A stretch of DNA of 32,000 nucleotides from Candidatus Pelagibacter ubique HTCC1062 (GTDB lineage: Bacteria > Pseudomonadota > Alphaproteobacteria > Pelagibacterales > Pelagibacteraceae), in assembly GCF_000012345.1 (NCBI RefSeq), contig NC_007205.1, positions 300,001 to 332,000 on the forward strand, read 5' to 3'. The translations under genes and the position numbers were made by a program. The notes beneath the pieces were generated by a model. It worked only from the letters and a program-made list of their open reading frames with translations. It ran no database searches and was not told the origin of the DNA. This document shows, in pieces, positions 24,695 to 32,000 of the stretch; within the stretch, counting starts at the first letter, position 1; each line of letters begins with the position of its first letter.

Positions 24695-25056
24695 ACAACC
24701 ATTTTTCCAACTTTTTCTCCTCCAAATAAATGGAAGTGTAAATGTGGAACCTCTTGACCGCCATCTTCACTCAAATTTGTTAAAGCTCTATAACCTTTAC
24801 CTGTGTCTGTTGAGATATTTAATATTTTCGAAACTTCTGAAATAGCTTTACTTAATGCAATTATCTCTTGATCTGAAGCTCTAGCATTAAAATCATCTAA
24901 ATCAATGTACTCACCTTTTGGAATAACTAGTGCATGTATTTTTTTTTGAGGACTTATATCATGAAAAGAAAGGACATATTCATTTTCAAATATTTTTTTA
25001 CAAGGAATTTCTTTTCTCAAAATTTTTGCAAAAATATTATTTTTGTCGTAACTCAT
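24691..25056 (-). CDS. HIT (histidine triad) family nucleotide hydrolase
   Basis: NIFAKILRKEIPC, HALVIPK, and the histidine triad HLHFHLFGG. Confidence 0.9.
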   Translation of the reverse strand: MSYDKNNIFAKILRKEIPCKKIFENEYVLSFHDISPQKKIHALVIPKGEYIDLDDFNARASDQEIIALSKAISEVSKILNISTDTGKGYRALTNLSEDGGQEVPHLHFHLFGGEKVGKMVV

Positions 25057-25361
25057 TATCTATTATTCTTTTCTTCAATACCTGATTGTTTTTTTCTGCC
25101 TTCCAACTCTTTTAAGACGTCTTCAAACTTAATATCAGCAGCCTCAAGTGTGACCAATATATGATAAATTGTATCTGCTGCTTCGTGGACTATATTAGAT
25201 TTATCATTTAGGGCCTCTTTTAGTTCATCAAATTCTTCTTCCATTTTATCTATACATTTTGACAGGCCACCTGATAATAATGATGAAGTATAAGATTTAT
25301 CTTCATCCTTATTTTTTCTGTCTCTAATTGTATTTACTAAATTTAATAGATTTTCTGACAT
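25056..25361 (-). CDS. hisE: Phosphoribosyl-ATP pyrophosphohydrolase
   Basis: 101 aa, SYTSSLL.GG..K...K..EE..E...A.......HEAAD..YH..V.L pattern. Follows hisF. Confidence 0.9.
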   Translation of the reverse strand: MSENLLNLVNTIRDRKNKDEDKSYTSSLLSGGLSKCIDKMEEEFDELKEALNDKSNIVHEAADTIYHILVTLEAADIKFEDVLKELEGRKKQSGIEEKNNR

Positions 25362-25363
25362 CT

Positions 25364-26119
25364 TTAAATCCTAACGGGAATTCCTTTTGAATTCAAATAT
25401 TGTTTAGCTTCATTAATTGAATGTGTTCCGTAATGAAAAATTGAAGCTGCTAGTACAGCGCTAGCATTGCCAAGCCTAATACCATCCACAAGGTGATCCA
25501 GGTTACCTACTCCGCCAGAGGCAATTATGGGTATGTTAACTGTTGAAGATATTTTAAACATTAAATCATTATCATAACCAATTTGGGTGCCATCTCTATC
25601 CATAGAAGTAACTAATAATTCTCCTGCTCCATTATCTTCCATTTTTTTTGCAAATTCTATTGCATCTATATTTGTGTTGTTTCTTCCACCATGAGTAAAA
25701 ACCTCCCATTTATCGCCATTTTTTTTAGCATCTATTGCAACAACAATACACTGTGATCCAAATTTTTTTGAACTTTCAATTATCATTTCAGGGCTTTGAA
25801 CTGCCGCAGTATTGATTGAAACTTTATCTGCACCACAATTTAATAATTTATTAATATCCTCGACTCCTCTAACCCCGCCCCCAACCGTTAACGGCACAAA
25901 ACATTTTTTAGACGTTCTTTCAACCACATCATATATTGTGTCTCTATTTTCTTTGGAAGCAGTAATGTCTAAAAAACAAATCTCATCAGCACCACCATCA
26001 CTATAAATTTTAGCTTGCTCAACTGGATCACCGGCATCCTTTAAATCTACAAAGTTAATTCCTTTAACAACTCTTCCATTTTTAACATCTAAACAGGGTA
26101 TAATTCTATTTTTAAGCAT
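25364..26119 (-). CDS. hisF: Imidazole glycerol phosphate synthase, cyclase subunit
   Basis: [60 protein letters not shown]. Confidence 0.97.
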   Translation of the reverse strand: MLKNRIIPCLDVKNGRVVKGINFVDLKDAGDPVEQAKIYSDGGADEICFLDITASKENRDTIYDVVERTSKKCFVPLTVGGGVRGVEDINKLLNCGADKVSINTAAVQSPEMIIESSKKFGSQCIVVAIDAKKNGDKWEVFTHGGRNNTNIDAIEFAKKMEDNGAGELLVTSMDRDGTQIGYDNDLMFKISSTVNIPIIASGGVGNLDHLVDGIRLGNASAVLAASIFHYGTHSINEAKQYLNSKGIPVRI

Positions 26120-26831
26120 CTAATTCTTTTACTAATTCTTCCAATTTAATATCACCATCATAAATAGCCTTACCAACTATTATTCCTTCAATATTTTTTA
26201 AACCTTTTGCTTTTTTAATGTCGTCAATTGAAGATACCCCTCCTGAAATAATTACCGGGCAATTAGATACATTTGCAACATTAGTTGTTTCTTCAAAATT
26301 AGGACTTTCTTTAGTGCCATCTCTATTTATGTCTGTATAGATTAATCTGCTTGCACCATAATCGTTTACTTCTTTTAAAAAATCTAAAGTCAATTGATTA
26401 GAATTTTCCTTCCATCCTGAAACCGACAAGTATCCATCTTTAGCATCTAGACCTAAGGCAATTTTGTTTGGAAATTTTTGACATGCTTCTTTTAAAAAAT
26501 TTTTATTTTTTATAGCTGCGCTTCCTAAAATAACTTTTTCAACTCCTGCATTTATATATTTTTCAATACTATCAATGCTTCTAACGCCTCCACCTACTTC
26601 AATTTTTAAATCAAATTTATGAACTATTTCTTTAATAATATCCAGGTTAACTGTCTCTCCTGTTAAGGCGCCATCTAAATCAACAATATGTAAATTTTTA
26701 AAGCCATGATCTTTGTATTTACCAGCTTGATCAACTGGTGATATTTCATATTCAGTTTTATTATTAAAGTCCCCTTTAATTAATCTTACACATTTTTTGT
26801 CCTTAATATCTATAGCTGGAAATATTTTCAT
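26112..26831 (-). CDS. hisA: ProFAR isomerase (1-(5-phosphoribosyl)-5-[(5-phosphoribosylamino)methylideneamino]imidazole-4-carboxamide isomerase)
   Basis: [54 protein letters not shown]. 8-nt overlap with hisF. Confidence 0.95.
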   Translation of the reverse strand: MKIFPAIDIKDKKCVRLIKGDFNNKTEYEISPVDQAGKYKDHGFKNLHIVDLDGALTGETVNLDIIKEIVHKFDLKIEVGGGVRSIDSIEKYINAGVEKVILGSAAIKNKNFLKEACQKFPNKIALGLDAKDGYLSVSGWKENSNQLTLDFLKEVNDYGASRLIYTDINRDGTKESPNFEETTNVANVSNCPVIISGGVSSIDDIKKAKGLKNIEGIIVGKAIYDGDIKLEELVKELDA

Positions 26832-26833
26832 AT

Positions 26834-27460
26834 TTATAAATTTAAAAAATTTTCTATGATTTTAAGTCCTAATTTATCACTTTTTTCAGGGTGAAACTGA
26901 GTTCCAAAAATATTTTCTTTTTCGACTGAGCAAACAATATTTGATGAATAATCTGTTGTTGCTGAAATTACACTTTTATCATCTGGAATAAATTCATAGC
27001 TGTGTACAAAATACATATGTGATTTATTTTTTATGCCCTCAAAAATCTTGCTTTCTTTAACAATATTAATTTCGTTCCAACCAATGTGCGGAAGTTTGAA
27101 TTTATTATTTTGATTATCAATCTTTGAAACTTTTCCTGAAATCCAACCAAGCCCTTTTGTTTCAGTTTCTTCATATCCAAGATCTGCAAACATCTGTAAA
27201 CCAACACAAATTCCAAGAAGAGGTTTTTTATTAGTGACTGTAAACTCATTTAGTGTCTCTACTAAACCATTTATGGCATTTAATGCATCAACACAGCTCT
27301 TAAACGATCCCTGTCCTGGTAAAACTACCTTGTCACTTGATCTAATCTTATTTAAGTCTGATGTTACTTCGATATTTACTTTATCTTTAGCGACTTCTTT
27401 AAAGGAATTTATTACAGAGCTGATATTTCCTGAATTATAATCAACAATTGTGACATTCAT
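26834..27460 (-). CDS. hisH: Imidazole glycerol phosphate synthase, glutamine amidotransferase subunit
   Basis: VDYNSGNI.SV, LPGQGSF, catalytic GICVGLQ, HSY, GTQFHPEKS. Confidence 0.95.
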   Translation of the reverse strand: MNVTIVDYNSGNISSVINSFKEVAKDKVNIEVTSDLNKIRSSDKVVLPGQGSFKSCVDALNAINGLVETLNEFTVTNKKPLLGICVGLQMFADLGYEETETKGLGWISGKVSKIDNQNNKFKLPHIGWNEINIVKESKIFEGIKNKSHMYFVHSYEFIPDDKSVISATTDYSSNIVCSVEKENIFGTQFHPEKSDKLGLKIIENFLNL

Positions 27461-27465
27461 TAAAC

Positions 27466-28056
27466 TTATAATGAGCCTTTAGTTGATGGAATGCTTTTCT
27501 TGTTTCTAGGGTCTATCTCTAAAGCTATTCTTAATGACCTTGCTAGAGCCTTATAACAAGACTCAATTATATGATGACTATTATCTCCATAAATATTTTC
27601 CATGTGCAAAGTTATTCCTGCTGATTGAGAGAAAGCTTGAAACCATTCTTTAAAAAGTTCTGTGTCCATCTCTCCAAGTCTTTCTACTTTTAATTTAACT
27701 TTCCATATTAAATAAGGTCTATTTGAAACATCAATTGCAACTCTTGTTAATGTTTCATCCATTGGGATCATTGCATGAGCGTATCTCTTAATTCCTTTAA
27801 AATCTTTCAATGCTTTTTTTAAAGCCTCACCTATAGCAATTCCTGTATCTTCTGTTGTGTGGTGAAGATCTATATGAGTATCTCCTTTTGCTTTAACTTT
27901 TAAATCAATCAGTGAATGCTTTGATAATTGTTCAAGCATATGATCTAAAAAACCTATTCCGGTATCAATTTTATATTGACCTTTACCATCAATATTAACT
28001 TCAACACTAATGCTGGTTTCTTTTGTTTTTCTGGAAACTTTTCCAATTCTGTTCAT
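27466..28056 (-). CDS. hisB: Imidazoleglycerol-phosphate dehydratase (monofunctional, no phosphatase domain)
   Basis: [56 protein letters not shown]. 196 aa. Confidence 0.95.
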
Positions 28057-28112
28057 AATATATAATATGTATATAGGGATTAATTAACTATATCAATATT
28101 TGCAATCTGCTA

Positions 28113-28141
28113 CTTGAAGAATAAAAATTAATATCCATTTA
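28113..28141 (+). promoter_or_regulatory. Candidate sigma-32 (RpoH)-type heat-shock promoter of hslVU
   Basis: CTTGAA (28113-28118), a 14-nt spacer, then atCCATTTA (28133-41), compared with the E. coli-type consensus CTTGAA-N13-15-CCCCATnT. hslVU is a classical sigma-32 regulon member. Confidence 0.35.
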
Positions 28142-28147
28142 TAATCT

Positions 28148-28663
28148 ATGACTACAATAGTGCTTATTAGAAAAAACAATGAAGTAGTGGTTGCTGGAGA
28201 CGGGCAAGTTAGTATGGGCAATACTGTTATAAAAAGCACTGCTGCAAAAGTTAGAAAAATTGAAAAAAGAAATGTAATAGCTGGATTTGCTGGGTCAACT
28301 GCAGATGCATTAACTTTGTTTGAAAGACTAGAAGCAAAACTTGAAAAACATGCTGGTAATCTTCCAAGAGCAGCTGTCGAGTTAGCAAAAGACTGGAGAA
28401 CTGACAAATATTTGAGAAGACTTGAGGCTTTAATGGCTATTGGTGATAAAGAGAATAGCTTTATAATTTCAGGAACTGGTGATGTGTTAGAACCAGAGGG
28501 TGATGCCATAGGTATAGGATCAGGTGGAAATTATGCTTTGGCTGCTGCAAAAGTTTTATTGGATACAGATTTGAGTGCTGAAGAAGTTGCAAGAAAAGCA
28601 ATTCAAGTTGCATCTGAAATTTGTGTATTCACTAATAATAATATTAAAATTGAAAAAATTTAA
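28148..28663 (+). CDS. hslV: ATP-dependent protease HslVU, peptidase subunit
   Basis: MTTIV..R.N..V..AGDGQV with Thr2 as the N-terminal nucleophile, [19 protein letters not shown]. Confidence 0.97.
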   Translation: MTTIVLIRKNNEVVVAGDGQVSMGNTVIKSTAAKVRKIEKRNVIAGFAGSTADALTLFERLEAKLEKHAGNLPRAAVELAKDWRTDKYLRRLEALMAIGDKENSFIISGTGDVLEPEGDAIGIGSGGNYALAAAKVLLDTDLSAEEVARKAIQVASEICVFTNNNIKIEKI

Positions 28664-30030
28664 TGAAAGACACAAACGTTACACCTTTTCCAAAAGAAAA
28701 AACTGAAAAGAAAGATAACTCTTTAGTCAGTTCTTTATCACCTAGAGAAATAGTTTCTGAATTAGATAGATATGTTGTTGGACAAAATAAAGCTAAAAAA
28801 GCAGTGGCTATTGCTTTAAGAAATAGATGGAGAAGACAAGCTTTAAAAGGTGAAATGAAGAATGAAGTTTTACCTAAAAATATTTTAATGATTGGGCCAA
28901 CTGGGGTTGGTAAAACAGAAATTTCTAGAAGACTATCTAAGTTAGCTGAAGCTCCTTTTGTAAAGGTAGAAGCCACAAGATTTACTGAGGTTGGGTATGT
29001 AGGGAGAGATGTTGAACAAATTATAAGAGATCTTCTTGAAATTGCAATTGCAATGGAGAAAGTAAAAAAAAGAAAAGAAGTTCATGCAAAGGCACAAAAA
29101 TTAGCAGAAGAAAAAGTTTTAGATGCTCTAGTTGGAGATAAAGCAAGTCTTGCTACTAGAGAAAGTTTTAGAAAAAGATTAAGAGATGGTGATTTAGATG
29201 ATAACGAAATTGAAATTGAAGTAAATAATAGTGGCTCTCAAGCTGCATTTGAAATTCCTGGAATGCCTGGAGCAAACATAGGAATGATAAATATTGGAGA
29301 GATGATTGGAAAATCTGTTGGTAATAAACAAAAAAAGAAGAAAATGACTGTCAAAGAATCTCATGAAATTTTAATTAATGATGAAGCTGACAAGTTAATA
29401 GAAGAAGATAAAATTATAAAATCAGCAAAAGATTCAACAGAAAATAATGGGATAGTTTTTTTAGATGAAATAGATAAAATTTCAGGAAGAACAGATAGAT
29501 CTGGTGGAGATGTTTCTAGAGAAGGAGTACAAAGGGATTTACTTCCTTTAATTGAGGGAACAACAGTAAGTACAAAATATGGTACAATTAAAACTGATCA
29601 TATCTTATTTATTGCCTCTGGAGCCTTCCAGCTTGCTAAACCTTCAGACTTACTTCCAGAGTTACAGGGTAGACTTCCAATAAGAGTTGAACTTGAAGCT
29701 TTAACCAGTGATGACTTTAAAAGAATTCTTAAAGAACCAGACTATAGTTTGATAAAACAATATATTGCTCTTTTAAAAACAGAAAACGTTGAGCTAGAAT
29801 TTTCTGATGATGGTATCGATGCAATTGCTAATATGGCTTCAGAAGTTAATAACACTGTAGAAAATATTGGTGCTAGAAGACTTCATACTATTATAGAAAG
29901 AATATTAGATGATATCAGTTTTACTGCAACAGATAGGGCTGGTGAAAAAATTATAATAGATTCTAATTATGTAAAACAAAATCTAGATGAGCTTGTTAAG
30001 GATACAGATTTATCTAAATTTATTCTTTAA
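28663..30030 (+). CDS. hslU: ATP-dependent protease HslVU, ATPase/unfoldase subunit
   Basis: [28 protein letters not shown], Walker [57 protein letters not shown] junction with hslV. Confidence 0.97.
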   Translation: MKDTNVTPFPKEKTEKKDNSLVSSLSPREIVSELDRYVVGQNKAKKAVAIALRNRWRRQALKGEMKNEVLPKNILMIGPTGVGKTEISRRLSKLAEAPFVKVEATRFTEVGYVGRDVEQIIRDLLEIAIAMEKVKKRKEVHAKAQKLAEEKVLDALVGDKASLATRESFRKRLRDGDLDDNEIEIEVNNSGSQAAFEIPGMPGANIGMINIGEMIGKSVGNKQKKKKMTVKESHEILINDEADKLIEEDKIIKSAKDSTENNGIVFLDEIDKISGRTDRSGGDVSREGVQRDLLPLIEGTTVSTKYGTIKTDHILFIASGAFQLAKPSDLLPELQGRLPIRVELEALTSDDFKRILKEPDYSLIKQYIALLKTENVELEFSDDGIDAIANMASEVNNTVENIGARRLHTIIERILDDISFTATDRAGEKIIIDSNYVKQNLDELVKDTDLSKFIL

Positions 30031-30541
30031 ATTTGTTTTTATTTTTAAGATAAATATAAAAAGCTCCACTACCACCATCTTCAATCTTAGCATCTGTTGT
30101 TTCAATAATAAATTGAGTTAAACTTATATTTTTTTCAATAAATTCTGGAACTGAATATTTTAGTATACTCAAATCTTTTGAGAGGTAAGGATTTTCAATA
30201 TTTTTAGATCTTAGTCCTTTGCCTGTAATCACTATTATTTTAGTAACATTTTCATCAAAACATTTTTGAATAAATTGTTCTATGGCCTTATTTGCTTCTT
30301 CAATAGTGTAACCATGCAAATCTATTTTCTTTATCTTTTCATATCTTATATTTTTTTTAAGAATAAAATCTTTATTGGGAATTTTATCTTTATTATTTAA
30401 AAAGTTTTCCCAGTCTTGTTTGTTTTCGTCTGGATTATTTATATTTTTTTGTTTTGCAGAATTTTTATTGATAATTTTTTTTTTATTGTTTAGGAAATTT
30501 TCCCAATCTTCTTTATCTTTGTCTGTTATCTTCTTAATCAA
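30020..30541 (-). CDS. Smr (small MutS-related) domain protein
   Basis: C-terminal Smr core [11 protein letters not shown]......F......[13 protein letters not shown]. There is no in-frame ATG anywhere in the ORF, so the start is inferred as the TTG at 30541, directly after the upstream stop codon. Confidence 0.78.
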   Translation of the reverse strand: MIKKITDKDKEDWENFLNNKKKIINKNSAKQKNINNPDENKQDWENFLNNKDKIPNKDFILKKNIRYEKIKKIDLHGYTIEEANKAIEQFIQKCFDENVTKIIVITGKGLRSKNIENPYLSKDLSILKYSVPEFIEKNISLTQFIIETTDAKIEDGGSGAFYIYLKNKNKFKE

Positions 30542-31135
30542 TTAGGTAATAGTATTAATTAATAACCAATTTGGATTTGATGATTTAATGTCTTTTGAAA
30601 AAACCCAAGTATCATAAACAGTTTTTATTTTATCACTATCCCCTGATACAATATTTTTATCTTTATCTTTTATACATGTTATAATTTCACTAACAAAATC
30701 TACTGTAACTTCTAAGCTATCTTCAATTTTTTTATGCGTTTTAATTACAGCTGACTTAATCCCTATAAAAGTTATTTCAGCAAAATGACCTTTGTTAGCT
30801 CTATCTTCAAGCGCCTCTTTAAACTGATCATAAATTTTTTTACTTAAAAGCGGTTTGCTTGCTATCAGCTTATTATCACTATCACTAAAATCTGTAATAA
30901 TTGTTTCATAAGCAATTTTGGCGCCTTTTAAAAATTCTTTTTGTGACACTTCATCAAAATTTTCACTAACTGGTTTTGGGGTTATATTTGTTTTTTGAAA
31001 TTCCTTTTCAAATTGTGGTGGAATTTTTCCTTCGAAACCAGTTTTTTTACCAAGTATTCCTCTTAGACGAAGAAAGATAAAACCAGCAATCATTGCTAAA
31101 AGAATAATATCTATGTACTCAAAACTATAACTCAT
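30542..31135 (-). CDS. Tim44-like domain membrane protein (alphaproteobacterial homologue of the mitochondrial import subunit)
   Basis: N-terminal TM anchor DIILLAMIAGFIFLRLRGILGKK followed by an approximately 150-aa domain ending in WVFS.D....NPNW.L. Its position divergent from fxsA-secB is the usual alphaproteobacterial context. Confidence 0.72.
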   Translation of the reverse strand: MSYSFEYIDIILLAMIAGFIFLRLRGILGKKTGFEGKIPPQFEKEFQKTNITPKPVSENFDEVSQKEFLKGAKIAYETIITDFSDSDNKLIASKPLLSKKIYDQFKEALEDRANKGHFAEITFIGIKSAVIKTHKKIEDSLEVTVDFVSEIITCIKDKDKNIVSGDSDKIKTVYDTWVFSKDIKSSNPNWLLINTIT

Positions 31136-31193
31136 AATTTAATAATATTTACTATGTTGATTAATTACAACTAGCAATTTAGACTAAGGACAA

Positions 31194-31616
31194 ATGAACA
31201 CATTTTTATTATTATTAGTTGGTATTCCAATCGTTGAGATTTATTTGTTTATCAAGCTGGGTTCTCAAATTGGAGCCTTTAACACCATTTTACTTATCTT
31301 TATTACGGCTTTTTTTGGGGTTATCTACGCCAGATATGAGGGCTTTAACACTCTAAAGTCGGGAATGTCTCAAATGGTAAAAAATGAACTGCCAGTTTAT
31401 GAAATTATTTCAGGTGCAGCTTTAGCATTTGCAGCATTACTTTTGATTTTACCTGGTTTTGCTACAGACTTCTTGGGTTTATTAATAATATTTCCACCAA
31501 CAAGAAAATTGATATTTAAAAAAGTATCAATTAAAAAAAAGCCTATAAATAAAAAACAAGATTTTATTAATGGTGAATTTGAAGATATAGAGGATGAAAA
31601 TGACAGAAAATTATAA
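31194..31616 (+). CDS. fxsA: FxsA family inner-membrane protein
   Basis: LLLVGIPIVEIYLFIKLGSQIG...T...I..TA..G, LLILPGF.TD..GLLI..PPTR. 140 aa. Confidence 0.8.
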   Translation: MNTFLLLLVGIPIVEIYLFIKLGSQIGAFNTILLIFITAFFGVIYARYEGFNTLKSGMSQMVKNELPVYEIISGAALAFAALLLILPGFATDFLGLLIIFPPTRKLIFKKVSIKKKPINKKQDFINGEFEDIEDENDRKL

Positions 31617-32000
31617 AATCATTGGAAATTTTATTAAAGATATGTCGAGTGAAACACCTGACACTCCAACATATATATTTGTAAGAGATAAAATTTCTAA
31701 ATACAAATTAAACATTGATATTAATTCAAAGGCAGTGAAAAATGGAATTATTGAAGTTAACACAATCTTAAGATTTTCAGACCAACCTGAAATTTTAAAA
31801 AAAGCACATTTTGAGATAACTTACACATCTATAGTTAAAGTAGATGAAAAGGTTTCTGATAAAAAAGAAATGGAAAAAATTATTCTATGTGATGTCCCTA
31901 ATAAAATTTATCCTGACCTAGAGAGAATATTTTTAAATTTATTAACCGACTCTGGTTATCCTGGAATAAAATTTGAAAAAAAAATTGATTTTACTGAATT
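31600..32000 (+). CDS. secB: Protein-export chaperone SecB (133 full codons plus 2 nt; the C-terminus lies beyond the window)
   Basis: Not in the ORF track because it runs off the edge. My translation is MTENYKIIGNFIKDMSSETPDTPTYIF...KAHFEITYTSIVKV...ILCDVPNKIYPDLERIFLNLLTDSGYPGIKFEKKIDF, open to the window end. It shows the SecB-type YIKDLSFE.P and C..P..L.P..R motifs and overlaps fxsA by 17 nt in another frame. Confidence 0.85.
   Translation, partial: MTENYKIIGNFIKDMSSETPDTPTYIFVRDKISKYKLNIDINSKAVKNGIIEVNTILRFSDQPEILKKAHFEITYTSIVKVDEKVSDKKEMEKIILCDVPNKIYPDLERIFLNLLTDSGYPGIKFEKKIDFTE

Noticed and set aside
4896-27440. Other short ORFs in the track: 4896-5078, 7212-7406, 7746-7952, 8108-8362, 11462-11824, 13440-13622, 14334-14579, 20191-20373, 21561-21761, 24934-25164, 25812-26006, 27031-27249, 27234-27440
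   Set aside because: Each is nested inside, antisense to, or out of frame with a confidently identified gene (mscS, hemC, tsaD, acs, symporter, Lon-N, ftsK, HIT/hisE, hisF, hisH). Their translations look like frame artefacts.
28048-28075. dif-like XerC/XerD site: tctgttcataa-tatata-atatgtatata
   Set aside because: It matches only about 7/11 and 6/11 positions of the E. coli dif arms, and the inner arms are not properly inverted. It overlaps the hisB start codon, and such AT-only near-palindromes are expected by chance in this composition.
28140-28145. Perfect TATAAT hexamer 2 nt upstream of the hslV ATG
   Set aside because: Used as a -10 element it would start transcription downstream of the obligatory Met1-Thr2 start. 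No -35 element lies at a sensible spacing (TTGAAG is 20 nt away). It is probably a compositional coincidence.
28093-28509. 138-aa ORF antisense to hslV, extending into the hisB/hslV spacer
   Set aside because: It lies entirely opposite a gene with unmistakable HslV motifs. The translation is low-complexity and rich in Ser, Ala, Leu and Pro, which is typical of a shadow frame of a relatively GC-rich gene. There is no start context or recognisable motif.
28644-28976. 110-aa ORF antisense to the 5' part of hslU
   Set aside because: Same reasoning: it is a shadow frame opposite the highly conserved HslU N-terminus and Walker A region, with no independent coding signal.
1-32000. CRISPR arrays, IS elements or transposases, toxin-antitoxin pairs, restriction-modification or other defence cassettes, rRNA genes, riboswitches
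   Set aside because: I scanned by eye on both strands. I found no spaced direct-repeat arrays, no terminal inverted repeats around an ORF and no recognisable defence or mobility domains. The few spacers longer than 50 nt show no conserved riboswitch-like GC-rich helices.

Overview
This is a very AT-rich window (about 30% GC by eye; my hand counts of 100-nt samples range from 11% to 49%). It is an extremely gene-dense stretch of a streamlined alphaproteobacterial chromosome. Composition, packing and synteny are what I would expect from a SAR11/Pelagibacterales-type genome, but that is an inference because I ran no search. The synteny blocks are hisBHAFE divergent from hslVU, smr-tim44 divergent from fxsA-secB, ftsK-lolA, and rpe-heparinaseII/III-like-purH. 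I can support 39 protein genes (two run off the window edges and are absent from the ORF track), one tRNA-Gly(GCC), one clear intrinsic terminator and two candidate promoters. Content is almost entirely housekeeping: heme (hemC, hemD), folate (folD), purine (purH), histidine (hisB, H, A, F, E), proteolysis (hslVU), division and envelope (ftsK, lolA), export (secB, Tim44-like, fxsA) and tRNA modification (tsaD). There is also an acetate uptake and activation locus (acs plus a DUF4212/sodium:solute symporter pair). I see no CRISPR array, IS element, integrase, prophage or recognisable defence island, and I do not think this window holds a large novel multi-gene system. The observations most worth a second look are these. 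(1) Acs has a 39-residue N-terminal extension that is half lysine, encoded by three A9-A10 tracts. (2) An uncharacterised 207-aa gene sits between acs and the symporter operon. (3) The symporter operon is a strong GC and codon-usage outlier and carries the only GC-rich terminator in 32 kb. (4) A sigma-32-like promoter lies so close to hslV that the mRNA would be nearly leaderless. (5) A near-consensus promoter drives tRNA-Gly, with phhB starting 22 nt after the CCA end. (6) Convergent genes overlap at their stop codons with no terminator space. (7) A very low-GC sulfotransferase lies next to a stand-alone EVE-domain gene. (8) An SDR lacks the catalytic Tyr. All functional calls come from motif recognition by eye and need HMM/BLAST confirmation.
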